64,000 bases of DNA from Fimbriimonadia bacterium (GTDB taxonomy: Bacteria; Armatimonadota; Fimbriimonadia; Fimbriimonadales; JABRVX01): the NCBI GenBank assembly GCA_041483895.1, contig JBGPGO010000008.1, positions 123,195 through 187,194 on the forward strand, read 5' to 3'. The translations under genes and the position numbers were made by a program. Numbering within the stretch: position 1 is the first letter of the stretch; every line of letters begins with the position of its first letter. Shown here piece by piece: positions 19,195 through 29,341 of the stretch. Under the pieces are notes generated by a model. It ran no database searches. It saw only the letters and a program-made list of their open reading frames with translations, and was not told the origin of the DNA.

Positions 19195-19864
19195 TGCGTT
19201 TCCTCCGTAATACCACCAGCGGTCCGAGGAGCGCGACGGCTGCAGCCGGTTCCGGCGTCACCTGGACATAGTTGTCTGTGAGATCAACGGTCTTGCCCTT
19301 CTGATCGAGGATGCTTGTGGAGAGTCCGGTCGAAGAAACCCGCCCGTCGAGACACCAGTTCAATTCCTCATGTTCGCTGCCCGGCTGCACCGTGAACCGA
19401 TAGAACATGACGTCCCAGCTTTGAGATCTCACCTTGTTTCCATCGCCTCCTAGCAGCATGTAGAGACCATGTGTGGATATGAGCGGAGAATTGATGTCCG
19501 AGGGATCAATGGAATTGTCGTATAAGACGCCGCGGCCGATGACGGTGGTGAGGAAATCGCCAGCGGGACCGCCTTGCGACTTTGACGCTTGGATCTGCTG
19601 ATCCCAGGAGTCGAAGTCCTGCTCACCCACGATTGTTAGCCCTTCCATGCAAAACGTGATCCGGATCGTGCCCCACTTGAACGGGTTGACATTGTCGAGG
19701 TTATGAAAACTGTACCAGACCTCGATCGTATCGCCTGGGTCCGCCAAAAGCGCACCGGTGTTGCCGGTGGACTTCGTCGCATTATAAAAAGACAGGCGGG
19801 CGGAACAAGCTGCATGGCAAGCAACGGTTAAGACCAGGCAACCGATCACTGTGAACTTACGCAT
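19187..19864 (-). CDS. PEP-CTERM protein, array paralog 2
   Basis: VTPEP + TM + RRKR. Confidence 0.88.
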   Translation of the reverse strand: MRKFTVIGCLVLTVACHAACSARLSFYNATKSTGNTGALLADPGDTIEVWYSFHNLDNVNPFKWGTIRITFCMEGLTIVGEQDFDSWDQQIQASKSQGGPAGDFLTTVIGRGVLYDNSIDPSDINSPLISTHGLYMLLGGDGNKVRSQSWDVMFYRFTVQPGSEHEELNWCLDGRVSSTGLSTSILDQKGKTVDLTDNYVQVTPEPAAAVALLGPLVVLRRKRNA

Positions 19865-20549
19865 GGCGCTTTCTCCTTAGAACGGCCCATGATGCCAGGA
19901 TGGCGATAGATGCAGCCGGTTCCGGCACCACCTGGACATAGTTGTCCGTGATGTCGACCGCTTTCGTGGTTTGATCGAGAATGCGAGTGGAGAGACCGGT
20001 CCCGGTTACCCTTCCATCCATCGCCCACCAAAGCTCCTGCCCTTCGCTGCCGGCCTGCACTGTGAACTGGAACAGCTTCGCCATCCAGCTATGCGAGCGG
20101 GGCTGGGTTCCGATCACCCCCAGCAGGCAGTACAGACCCACGTCGGCCACTTTCGCATGCGACGCGTCTGTGGGATCGATGGCGTAGTCGTATAAGATGC
20201 CATTGTCTGAGTCGTGGAGGATGGTGACAAGGAAGTCTTCCGGCGGACCACCGAACGATTCGGCGGCCCTGATCTTATCGGACCAGTTCGCCGCGTCCGC
20301 AGCTCCCATCAGCGTCAGCCCTTCCAGCGACAGGGTGACCTGGAGGGTGCCCCATTTATTCGGACGATTCTGGTCGACCTGGTGAAAGTCGAACCAGATC
20401 TCGACCACCTCCCCAGGAGCGGCATGCAATGCGCCTGGGTTCGACTCGCCCGTATTCGCGTTCTGAAAGTAAAGCCGGGCATCATAATTGGCTCCTGCCA
20501 AAGCGACAGCCATCACGGCCACAGTACACGCCCAAAGTCGTCCAAACAT
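19857..20549 (-). CDS. PEP-CTERM protein, array paralog 1
   Basis: GAGGAGG SD; VVPEP + TM + RRKR. Confidence 0.88.
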   Translation of the reverse strand: MFGRLWACTVAVMAVALAGANYDARLYFQNANTGESNPGALHAAPGEVVEIWFDFHQVDQNRPNKWGTLQVTLSLEGLTLMGAADAANWSDKIRAAESFGGPPEDFLVTILHDSDNGILYDYAIDPTDASHAKVADVGLYCLLGVIGTQPRSHSWMAKLFQFTVQAGSEGQELWWAMDGRVTGTGLSTRILDQTTKAVDITDNYVQVVPEPAASIAILASWAVLRRKRHA

Positions 20550-20704
20550 GATTCATCCTCCTCAGCAACCGAGGACGAACCCGTAACCGAATGGTAAAGG
20601 GGATGGCGGAAAAAACCCGGCGAGGGCCATCCAAATGCAATGCAAAACACCGGTAATTATTCTATCACGAAAATCACGTTTTCGCAAGGAAATGGAAGAG
20701 AGCG

Positions 20705-21760
20705 CTACAGTAGCGGCATCAGCCCCTGTTCGTGATCCAGCAGCCACTTCTTCCGCCATAGGCCGCCGCCGTAGCCGCACAAGGACCCGTCCGATCGGAT
20801 CACGCGATGGCAGGGGATGATGATGGCCATGCGATTATCGCCGTTCGCCGCCCCCACCGCTCGCTGCGCGTCCGGCCGGCCCAGCTTCTCCGCCATCTGA
20901 CCATACGACCATGTCTCTCCATACGGAATCCGCATCAACAGCTCCCAGACCTGCTTCTGAAACGGAGTGCCTCGGAGAACGAGCGGAAGGGTGAATTCGC
21001 GCAGTTCGCGCGCGAAATACGCGGTCAAATCCCGCTTGATCGTTTGCAGATGAATATTGTCGCCGGGCATGATGGGAGCGCCGAGGCGTTGGCGCAGTTC
21101 GATCAACTCGGTCTCCAGGGCGCGCCGATCCATAAATTCCAGCAGGCAAAGTCCCTCTTCGCTTGCCACCGCGAGCATCGGGCCAAGGGGCGTCTCCAAC
21201 CATTTGCCGTACAAGCAGTCTTTCTCCCGAAACTTACCGGGCGGCTCGCCCATCAGCCGTACAAAAGCGTCTCGAAAACCGCTCGTCGATTCAAACCCCG
21301 CATCCAATCCTGCTTCGCACATATTTTCACCCTTTCGAATCGCCGCGAACGCCATCCCCATTCGTCGCGCGCGGTGATAGGCGTGGAACGTCATGCCATA
21401 CCGCCGCTTGAAGTACCGCCGGGCGCGGGCCGGCTCGATGTTCATCGCCGCCAAGTCGGAATCGCCAATCGGCAGATTGGGGTTTTGCTCCACTTTGTCA
21501 AACAGGTCCAAAACCCATTTTGGGGCCGGCTCCGCGGCATCCATCGGGTGGCATCGTTTGCACGGCCGAAATCCGGCATGCAGCGCCTCCGCGGGAGTGC
21601 GGAAGTATTCGACATTTTCCGCTTTGGGCAGCTTTGCGGTGCATGTGGGCCGGCAAAAGATTCCGGTGGTGCGAACGCCGACCCAGAAAATGCCGTCAAA
21701 ACCGGCGTCCTTTTCCGCCAGGGCCCGATACATGTCCGAAATCGGTGGCAATGCGTTCAT
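20705..21760 (-). CDS. ada: Bifunctional Ada regulator / O6-methylguanine-DNA methyltransferase
   Basis: GIFCRPTC and RPCKRC zinc site, AraC HTH, PCHRV active site. Confidence 0.95.
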   Translation of the reverse strand: MNALPPISDMYRALAEKDAGFDGIFWVGVRTTGIFCRPTCTAKLPKAENVEYFRTPAEALHAGFRPCKRCHPMDAAEPAPKWVLDLFDKVEQNPNLPIGDSDLAAMNIEPARARRYFKRRYGMTFHAYHRARRMGMAFAAIRKGENMCEAGLDAGFESTSGFRDAFVRLMGEPPGKFREKDCLYGKWLETPLGPMLAVASEEGLCLLEFMDRRALETELIELRQRLGAPIMPGDNIHLQTIKRDLTAYFARELREFTLPLVLRGTPFQKQVWELLMRIPYGETWSYGQMAEKLGRPDAQRAVGAANGDNRMAIIIPCHRVIRSDGSLCGYGGGLWRKKWLLDHEQGLMPLL

Positions 21761-21836
21761 ATCCTTATCGTACTGCCTTTGCGTCGGGCATCGCCACCGA
21801 TTTTCGGACAGGGAATTTGCCGCCAGGATAGCTGCG

Positions 21837-22301
21837 TTACTCTTTGAAAAACTCCTGAGCGGCGGCATCCATCTCTGCTTGAGTCGGCTCCGCAATGCAG
21901 GTCGACATCGACCACTTATGCCCGAACGGATCTTTCAGCGAGCCGTACCGGTCGCCCCAGAAGCACTCCTGCAACGGGAACGTCACTTCCATCCCTGCCG
22001 CGGTCGCCTGCTGCCACAACGCATCAACGTCTTTCGTGTAAATATGAACGGTCACGGCCGAGCCGCCGATCTTGTTTGGCCCGACCGAGCCGTATTCCGG
22101 GAACTCGTCGTTCAGCATCATCATCGAATTGCCGATGCGAAGTTGGGAGTTCATCACCTTGCCGTCTGGGGTCTTGGAGATGTTCACAACCTCGGCGCCG
22201 AACGCCTTTTTGTACAGCTCGATCGCCTTCTCCGCGCCATCTACAACCATGTACGGGGTCAACGTGTTGAACCCGTCGGGGATAGGTTTCACATTACTCA
22301 T
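21837..22301 (-). CDS. VOC/glyoxalase (PhnB-like) protein
   Basis: AIELYKKAFGA, FWGDRYGSLKDPFGHKW. Confidence 0.92.
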   Translation of the reverse strand: MSNVKPIPDGFNTLTPYMVVDGAEKAIELYKKAFGAEVVNISKTPDGKVMNSQLRIGNSMMMLNDEFPEYGSVGPNKIGGSAVTVHIYTKDVDALWQQATAAGMEVTFPLQECFWGDRYGSLKDPFGHKWSMSTCIAEPTQAEMDAAAQEFFKE

Positions 22302-22319
22302 GAGCGCAAGTGTACCGAA

Positions 22320-24854
22320 TCATCGATCCCCTTCCAACCCAAAATTGACCATCACGATGTTTATGTCGCGGAGGTCCGCGAGCCCTGACCCATCGAGGTC
22401 CGCGTCGGCCGTTCCAAATCGAGTGAACGTGAAGGAGAGGTCCGCGATGTGAACCACGTCGTTTTCTACCGCGTCACCGTTGGGGCCGGAGATCCAGTCT
22501 AATCGCATGACTCCATTCAGGGTCTGGTCGGTTGTCTTGGTTGTCAGCCAGTGGTTCGATTTGAGGAACAGATCATAAGTGCTCGGCTCGGTTAAGGAAA
22601 CCACGTAATTGCCCAACGGGCTCAATGCGCCTACGACGATTTCAGTTGTGGAGCCTTGCGAGTCGCCCCGTAATGAGAATGGGATTGCCTGCGGATTGCC
22701 ATTGAAAGACTGAAGCTCGATGGCGCCGAAGAGCCGGGGTCCCCGGACAAACCCACCCACATAGAGACCGCCGGAATCGCCCGCAAAATACACGTTGCCC
22801 TGTGGCGAAACCGAGAGAGCCATAAGGTCGCCGCCGGAACCCGTGAAACCGTCATTCGTGCGGTACCAGAGCTGTCCGCCGTCCGGCTTCCAGGCCTGAG
22901 CGTAGAACAGGTACGGGTTGCCTGACAAAAGCCCGAGATCATAGAGGTTGCCGTCCGCGTCTACACCCGAACTCACCAACGATCGACCTGCAAAACCCTT
23001 CTGCACCTGCCAAACGATGTTTCCATTCTCATCAATCTTCATGACCTGTAGGAATTGGAGCCAGTAATCCAAATTAGACAGATAAATATTTCCCTTGCCA
23101 TCGAGATTCATGAGCGGAGTACCCGCCAAGTAGATTCCGTTCTTTTGCCAAATCGGTTCGCCGCCAGGACCGTACTTGATCACAAACAGTTCCGTTCTTC
23201 CGTCCGGCAACATGGAGGTCGTTGCGGTGACGGCGTTTCCCGCTGGGTCGAGGCCCAATCCGAATACAGTGGCTTGCCCCCACCGTCCACTATCGGAGCG
23301 CTGCCAATCCAGCGCCCCATCCGGACCTAGTCGCAAGAGGATCGGAAGAGTTGAACTTCCGTCACCGGACTTGTACCAGTATTTGTCCCCGGCAACGTAG
23401 CACCTGCCTTGATCGTCCACCGTGGCAGCCGTGGCATAGTACTGCCAATCCGGGTCCGGACCGTATTCAAAAGACCACAGCAGTTCTCCCGCAGGCGAAT
23501 ATTTGAGAACAAAAATCGCCTGCTTTCCATACGTGGCGCGGCCTTCAAGAACAACATAGACTGCGCCTTCCCCGTCAACCGCAAGCCGGCGGGCATAGTC
23601 CAGAAAGGTATCCGTACCGGTCGTGTACGCTCGTTGCCAGACAAGATTTCCATTGGGGCCATATTTTTGGACAAATACGTTTCGATCTTTGGATGACCCT
23701 ATCCGCGTGGACCCCGCCAGAATTAGATTTCCAGCTTTGTCGGCCACGATCCCGATCGGCACGGACTCCGAATCCAAGCTTCCGTATCCGGAGCGAGTCC
23801 ATCTTGGTCGAAGCTGCGAGTCCAGCAGGCTGACCTGAATCTGCCCGGAGACCAGACCTGCCACCGCCAGGTCGCCATTTGCCAAGGTTTGTATGGTGGT
23901 GGCCGCCCCAGCCGGCTGAGCAAAGATAGGGATTTCGGGGATGACCTCGATGCGTATCGGAACAGCTTCCTCCACCATGTTCCAGCTATTCGTGGCTCGC
24001 ACGGACAATTGGTGGATTCCGTACGAAACACGGAGGTCTGACACATTGATTCTGCCCTGATTGCAAGGGGAGATAGTGCGGATCGCAACGCCGTCAAGAA
24101 GCACTTTGCACGAAGTCAATGGACCCGGGACCGCATCGGACACGTCAATTGTGACTCCGAGCGGCCGGATCAATGGGCTGCCTTCTGTGGGGAATACAAT
24201 TGCAACCTTTGGTCTCGATGTACCGAGCACCGCATCGTCAATTACGAGGCGAGAGGAAATCTGTTGCATTCTCAGGGGCAGGCATTGTCTGACCTCAACT
24301 TCCGATCGCTCTTGAACAAAGACCGTCACGCGATTCGTCGACGATACCGTCGCAGCAAGATTCCGGAAAGCCCATGCGTCTTGCATCGAGGACCAGTCAC
24401 CCCAAATGACGTAATTGCTCTTTGGATCGCTGCCTCCCGTGGGGTCGATTCCAATCCGGCTCCGAACATCTGATCGGAGGAGGGTAACATCTGACTGTAC
24501 ATAACCGCGGACCCAAATCCCAAATATGATTTCGCCATTTACGACGGCTGGCAAGTCCACCGTCTGAAATAGGACATTGGAGATATACAGGTGGCTGTCG
24601 AGGCATTGGCCAATCTTTGGAGTGCGAGGCTGGAAGCTGCCACGGACAACAAATTCGTAGCTACCGGAGTGACTCCCGTAGGAATTGGCAACTTCCGAAA
24701 CGACGGTTGGGCTTCCTTCTGCGAGTGAATCGTACTCTAGCGTATTCTGCCAAGGAGGAAGACTTCGGGTCTCAAACCCAGAATTCTGAATCGGAAGTCC
24801 CTGCGGCCATGCGGTCGCCGACAGCGCAAATAGGATAAACCATGACTCGCGCAT
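22320..24854 (-). CDS. Large secreted protein: jelly-roll-like domain, Ig-like domain, SBBP-type beta-propeller, C-terminal dockerin-like module
   Basis: Repeats of D..GN.Y...KY...G..W; tail NGDAVENDVVHIAD...DLDGSGLADLRDINIVMVNFGLEGD. Confidence 0.8.
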   Translation of the reverse strand: MRESWFILFALSATAWPQGLPIQNSGFETRSLPPWQNTLEYDSLAEGSPTVVSEVANSYGSHSGSYEFVVRGSFQPRTPKIGQCLDSHLYISNVLFQTVDLPAVVNGEIIFGIWVRGYVQSDVTLLRSDVRSRIGIDPTGGSDPKSNYVIWGDWSSMQDAWAFRNLAATVSSTNRVTVFVQERSEVEVRQCLPLRMQQISSRLVIDDAVLGTSRPKVAIVFPTEGSPLIRPLGVTIDVSDAVPGPLTSCKVLLDGVAIRTISPCNQGRINVSDLRVSYGIHQLSVRATNSWNMVEEAVPIRIEVIPEIPIFAQPAGAATTIQTLANGDLAVAGLVSGQIQVSLLDSQLRPRWTRSGYGSLDSESVPIGIVADKAGNLILAGSTRIGSSKDRNVFVQKYGPNGNLVWQRAYTTGTDTFLDYARRLAVDGEGAVYVVLEGRATYGKQAIFVLKYSPAGELLWSFEYGPDPDWQYYATAATVDDQGRCYVAGDKYWYKSGDGSSTLPILLRLGPDGALDWQRSDSGRWGQATVFGLGLDPAGNAVTATTSMLPDGRTELFVIKYGPGGEPIWQKNGIYLAGTPLMNLDGKGNIYLSNLDYWLQFLQVMKIDENGNIVWQVQKGFAGRSLVSSGVDADGNLYDLGLLSGNPYLFYAQAWKPDGGQLWYRTNDGFTGSGGDLMALSVSPQGNVYFAGDSGGLYVGGFVRGPRLFGAIELQSFNGNPQAIPFSLRGDSQGSTTEIVVGALSPLGNYVVSLTEPSTYDLFLKSNHWLTTKTTDQTLNGVMRLDWISGPNGDAVENDVVHIADLSFTFTRFGTADADLDGSGLADLRDINIVMVNFGLEGDR

Positions 24855-24973
24855 ATTGTGCCTCCCAATCGAGCGACTTATTCAGATTGTTATAATAACA
24901 CAGTTTTACGGGGTCCGGGTGTTTGTACGCGGGGTATCGCTGGAAATATGCGCAATGAGCCAAAATACGCGCA

Positions 24974-27166
24974 ATGGTCGCCATCTACACCGCCACGATC
25001 TTTCTGAGCGCGCTGCTCCTGTTCCTCGTTCAGCCGATGTTTGCCAAGATGATGCTCCCGCTCTTGGGGGGATCGCCCAGCGTCTGGAACACGGCGCTGG
25101 TCTTTTATCAGGCAGCGCTCCTGGCCGGATATGCCTATGCGCACTTTGCCACGCGATGGGCCGGGATACGGCGGCAGGCGATGATTCATATCCCGCTGTT
25201 GGCGGTGCCGCTCATCGTCCTGCCGATTCATCTGTCCAGCACGCATCCTCCTGTCGAGACGACGCCGATACCGTGGCTGCTCCTCACCATGCTGGTCTCA
25301 GTCGGGTTGCCGTTCTTCCTGCTTTCGGCAAGCAGCCCGCTGATCCAGCGATGGTTTGCCGATACCGAGCACAAGCGATCGCACGACCCCTACTTTCTGT
25401 ATGTGGCGAGCAACTTCGGCAGCTTCTTAGCCCTGATCAGCTATCCGACAGTGATGGAGAGCAAGTTGGGACTGCTGCTCCAAAGCCACGTCTGGTCGTG
25501 GGCCTATGGCGGCTATGCGATTATGATGGCGATTTGCGCGGTGCAGGTCATTCGGTCGCGCCCCAGCGAACACCCCGCCGTGGTGGAGGAAAGCGACGAA
25601 CCACGGATGCAACCACCATCGCTTCGTCGCCGCCTCCGGTGGGTGGCGTTGGCGTTCATCCCGTCCAGTTTGATGATCGGCACGACCACCTATCTGACGA
25701 CCGACATCGCGTCGATCCCGCTGCTGTGGGTGATTCCGCTCGCGATCTATCTGCTTTCGTTCATGTACACGTTTTCCGCCCGGCCGCCAATTCCGCATAA
25801 GTGGATGGTCTATCTTCTCCCCGCTTTGGTGCTGCCGACGATGATCATCTTTATCATCCCGGTCACCAATCCGGCGATCCCTATCGGCCTGCTTTGCCTG
25901 GGGACTTTGTTCGTGGCCGCGATGGTGTTTCATGGTGAGCTGGCGCTCGATCGGCCTTCGGCGGATCACCTTACGGAGTTTTTCCTGTTCATTTCGCTCG
26001 GCGGCGTCTTGGGCGGCCTGTTTGCGGCAATCCTCGCTCCGCTGCTGTTCGTTCTCGTGATCGAATATCCGCTCACGATGGTCATGGCGGGTTTCCTGTT
26101 GCCTCGTTGGAGGAGGAGTTCGCCATCGACAATCGGCCGCGTGCTCGATATCGCGTGGCCGATCGCCGTGGCTCTCTTGACGATCGGAACGATTGCGTAC
26201 TCGCGAGAGCCGAGAGAGTTCAGCAGCGTGCTAACCAAGAATCTCATCACATTCTGCCTGCCCGCGGCGCTCTGCTTCGTTGCGGCAATGAGACCGATTC
26301 GTTTTGGATTGTGCCTAGTGGCATTGCTGATTGTGGGGGTGATCAACCAGGATCCACTAGAACATGTCATCTACCAAGATCGATCGTTCTTTGGCGTGCT
26401 GCGAGTGTTGGAAGACAAAACCCATGCCATGCGGCGGCTGCGGCACGGAACCACGACGCACGGCGTGCAGCTATTGGCGGAAGGAAACCGTGATCTGCCA
26501 ACCTCGTATTATTTTTCCACCGGTCCCATTGGGCAGGTGATTGTCGACCGCGGGCTGCCGGAGGACGCCAGTGTGGCTGTGGTCGGTTTGGGGGTAGGTT
26601 CGCTGATCAGCTACGCGAAGTCGGGGCAGCAATGGACATTCTATGAAATCGATCCGGCTGTGGTAAAGGTTGCGGAGAATAAGAACCTGTTTACCTTTCT
26701 CTCCGACTCGCTTGTGAAACCAAAGATCGTGTTGGGCGACGGCAGGCTCTCCCTCAGCCGGACCGATGATCAGTACGATCTGCTGATCGTCGACGCCTAC
26801 AGTTCCGATGCGATTCCGATTCACATGATGACGCGCGAAGCGTTGCGGATTTATTTTGATCGTCTGAAACCGGGAGGCGTTCTGGCGCTCCACCTATCCA
26901 ACCGAAACATTTTTTTGGAGCCGATTACCGGAGCGCTGGCCGATGACGCTCATGTCGCTTGCCTGGTGGAATCCGACGAGCCGACGTTGGTAGAGTCGCT
27001 TCTTGCCAAAACCTCTTCGACCTGGGCGATCTTGGCGAGGGATCAGGCGGATTTTGGCAAGTTGGGCGAAGATTCCCGATGGAAACCGGCCCGCATTCTT
27101 GAGGGAACGCCCGTATGGACGGACGACTACTCCAACGTATTCAGCGCGCTGAACATACATTGGTAG
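24974..27166 (+). CDS. Fused membrane domain / spermidine synthase-like SAM-dependent transferase
   Basis: FLSALLLFLVQPM; VVGLGVGSL, YEIDP, GDGR, DAYSSDAIP, WTDDYSN. Confidence 0.9.
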   Translation: MVAIYTATIFLSALLLFLVQPMFAKMMLPLLGGSPSVWNTALVFYQAALLAGYAYAHFATRWAGIRRQAMIHIPLLAVPLIVLPIHLSSTHPPVETTPIPWLLLTMLVSVGLPFFLLSASSPLIQRWFADTEHKRSHDPYFLYVASNFGSFLALISYPTVMESKLGLLLQSHVWSWAYGGYAIMMAICAVQVIRSRPSEHPAVVEESDEPRMQPPSLRRRLRWVALAFIPSSLMIGTTTYLTTDIASIPLLWVIPLAIYLLSFMYTFSARPPIPHKWMVYLLPALVLPTMIIFIIPVTNPAIPIGLLCLGTLFVAAMVFHGELALDRPSADHLTEFFLFISLGGVLGGLFAAILAPLLFVLVIEYPLTMVMAGFLLPRWRRSSPSTIGRVLDIAWPIAVALLTIGTIAYSREPREFSSVLTKNLITFCLPAALCFVAAMRPIRFGLCLVALLIVGVINQDPLEHVIYQDRSFFGVLRVLEDKTHAMRRLRHGTTTHGVQLLAEGNRDLPTSYYFSTGPIGQVIVDRGLPEDASVAVVGLGVGSLISYAKSGQQWTFYEIDPAVVKVAENKNLFTFLSDSLVKPKIVLGDGRLSLSRTDDQYDLLIVDAYSSDAIPIHMMTREALRIYFDRLKPGGVLALHLSNRNIFLEPITGALADDAHVACLVESDEPTLVESLLAKTSSTWAILARDQADFGKLGEDSRWKPARILEGTPVWTDDYSNVFSALNIHW

Positions 27167-27255
27167 ACAGGCTCTGCTTTCTCCTTGCGCACACGAATTG
27201 CTGGTAGATTGAGACAGCCTCGTTAGATACGTAGGCGAGGTATAATCTACTTGGA

Positions 27256-27432
27256 ATGGCAAGGGCTCTGGAAACAAATAAATATCTGAGGACCAAACGC
27301 TCCGTCGTGCTGACCGCTGCTCGCGCCGTGCGCGATTCCTCTGCGGTGGAAGGCATTCGTGTTCTTAGTCTGCAGGACCTGATTGCAATCGGCGAACAGC
27401 GACTTCGAGCCAAGACGCGAAAAGGGAAATAA
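27256..27432 (+). CDS. Putative Fic antitoxin (58 aa, SxxxEG motif), convergent to fic
   Basis: MARALETNKYLRTKRSVVLTAARAVRDSSAVEGIRVL...; TATAAT at 27241-27246; too short for the ORF track. Confidence 0.7.
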   Translation: MARALETNKYLRTKRSVVLTAARAVRDSSAVEGIRVLSLQDLIAIGEQRLRAKTRKGK

Positions 27433-28017
27433 GAGGCTTCAGATTTCCGTTATATGCAAGGCGCAGAGCTTCAAAATAGTCCGACTTCCTTTGAAGAGAA
27501 CCCCTTCCATCCATTTGATATGCGGGCGGCCGGTAGCCTGCTTGGACGGCCATGAGGTCAGCCAACCACCTTGCAGTCCGACCATTCCCCTCCCGAAACG
27601 GGTGAATCAATAGCAGCTCACTATGGACTGCCGGAAGAGATTCCGAGATATCTTGGACAGACTTCGGGCGACAAGGTGTATGGATGAGGAGTCTATCGGC
27701 TTCAAAACCGAGCATCTCGGATTCTATGTATTGCGCTCGGCAGAAGAGCACGCCGGGCTTGCTGACGTCCACCTGTCTGTATCACCCGCAAAATCGTAAA
27801 TACCGCCAAGCCATTTCTTGTGCATGTCTTTAATACTGTCAGACGTGAACCGCGAGTTCTCTTCCACGCTCAGCAGCGAATCAACGTAAGCGGCCATGAA
27901 CGCTTTTGTCTCCGCCCTCTCGATTTCACGCACCAGCTTTATTCCCAGCTTGTTCCGGAGCACCCGACCGCGCGAGCCGGGTTCAAATTCGTTTTCAAAT
28001 CCGTCGTACTTGGACAC
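27365..28017 (-). pseudogene. Fic-family protein split by a 1-nt frameshift near 27782
   Basis: N-half VLRNKLGI...MHKKWLGGIYDFAG; C-half YRQVDVSK...IHPFREGNGRTAR. One added base in GGT-GA_-TAC joins them. Confidence 0.85.
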
Positions 28018-28064
28018 GTAGCGAGAGTACCACGCCTGCACCCGCGTGCCATAATCTTATCTAT

Positions 28065-29246
28065 ATGACGCCACTGTCTGCGGAGAGAACGAAGACCCGC
28101 CCCGTCCCCGTCGGCGCAATCACCATCGGAGGCGGCCACCCTATCGTAGTCCAGTCCATGGTTACGGAAGACACCCTCGCCATCGATGCCTGCATCCGCC
28201 AGATCATCGAGTTGCATGAAGCGAAGTGTGAGATCGTGCGCGTCACGGCCCCAAACATGGCATCCGCTCAGGCTTTGGGTGAGATCCGGGCGCAGCTGCA
28301 ATCCCAAGGAAGAGAGATTCCCTTGGTCGCCGATGTACACCACCAGGGTATGGCGATTGCCGTCGAGGTCACGAAACATGTCGACAAGGTCCGCATCAAT
28401 CCGGGCCTTTTCGTGTTCCGCAAGCCGGTGCAGCGAGACATCGAGTATTCGCCCGAGGAGATCGCCACGGAAAAGGCCGCGATCGAAGAGGCGTTCCTGC
28501 CTGTTATCGAAGCGTGCAAGGCGAATGGGACCTCCATGCGAATTGGCGTAAACCACGGCAGCCTGTCGGAACGTCTGACCGTAACCTACGGCGACACCCC
28601 GGACGGCATGGTGGAGTCGGCCCTCGAATACATCGAACTGTGCGAAAAGCACGGTTTCCAAGACCTGGTCGTGAGCCTAAAGGCCAGCCGCGTGCCGATC
28701 ATGCTGGCCGCCAATCGCCTGTATATCCGCCGGATGTCGGAGCGCGGCGGCGACATCTATCCCCTGCACTTGGGGGTCACCGAAGCGGGAGACGGCCAGT
28801 ACGCCCGCGTCAAGAGCGCCATCGGCATTGGGACCCTCCTTGCCGAAGGGATCGGCGACACGATCCGCGTATCGCTTGCGGAGGATCCGGTTGAGGAGAT
28901 CCCCGTTTGCTACGATATCCTACAATCCCTTGGACTTCGCCGGACAAAGACCGAATTCATCGCCTGTCCGTCATGTGGGCGAACCAAGTTCAACCTGCCC
29001 ACCGTGCTCGCCGAGGTGAAAGAGGCCACCGGTCACCTGAAAGGGCTCGATATCGCAGTCATGGGCTGCATCGTCAACGGTCCGGGGGAGATGGCCGACG
29101 CGGACTACGGCTACGTGGGCAAATCCGGCGGCAAGATCGCCCTCTATCGCAAGCGAGACATTGTACGAGAGAACATTCCGCAGGAGGACGGGGTCAAGGA
29201 GCTGATCTCGCTCATTCAGGCGGACGGCCGGTGGGCAGAACCTTAG
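28065..29246 (+). CDS. ispG: (E)-4-hydroxy-3-methylbut-2-enyl-diphosphate synthase
   Basis: [51 protein letters not shown]. Confidence 0.97.
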   Translation: MTPLSAERTKTRPVPVGAITIGGGHPIVVQSMVTEDTLAIDACIRQIIELHEAKCEIVRVTAPNMASAQALGEIRAQLQSQGREIPLVADVHHQGMAIAVEVTKHVDKVRINPGLFVFRKPVQRDIEYSPEEIATEKAAIEEAFLPVIEACKANGTSMRIGVNHGSLSERLTVTYGDTPDGMVESALEYIELCEKHGFQDLVVSLKASRVPIMLAANRLYIRRMSERGGDIYPLHLGVTEAGDGQYARVKSAIGIGTLLAEGIGDTIRVSLAEDPVEEIPVCYDILQSLGLRRTKTEFIACPSCGRTKFNLPTVLAEVKEATGHLKGLDIAVMGCIVNGPGEMADADYGYVGKSGGKIALYRKRDIVRENIPQEDGVKELISLIQADGRWAEP

Positions 29247-29341
29247 AAACCTCTAAGGTTTCCGAGGCGGAGTTAATTGCCGCCCGCATCCTTGCCAACA
29301 ATAGACGGTAGGAATCTTCCTGCAAGGAGAGAGCGGCCACT

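Noticed and set aside
20550..20700. Riboswitch in the leader of the PEP-CTERM array
   Set aside because: Some stems are possible but I recognise no riboswitch consensus; needs an Rfam scan.
20807..21847. Long antisense ORFs (also 48567-49625, 62642-63787 and others)
   Set aside because: Shadows of well-supported genes, expected in GC-rich DNA.
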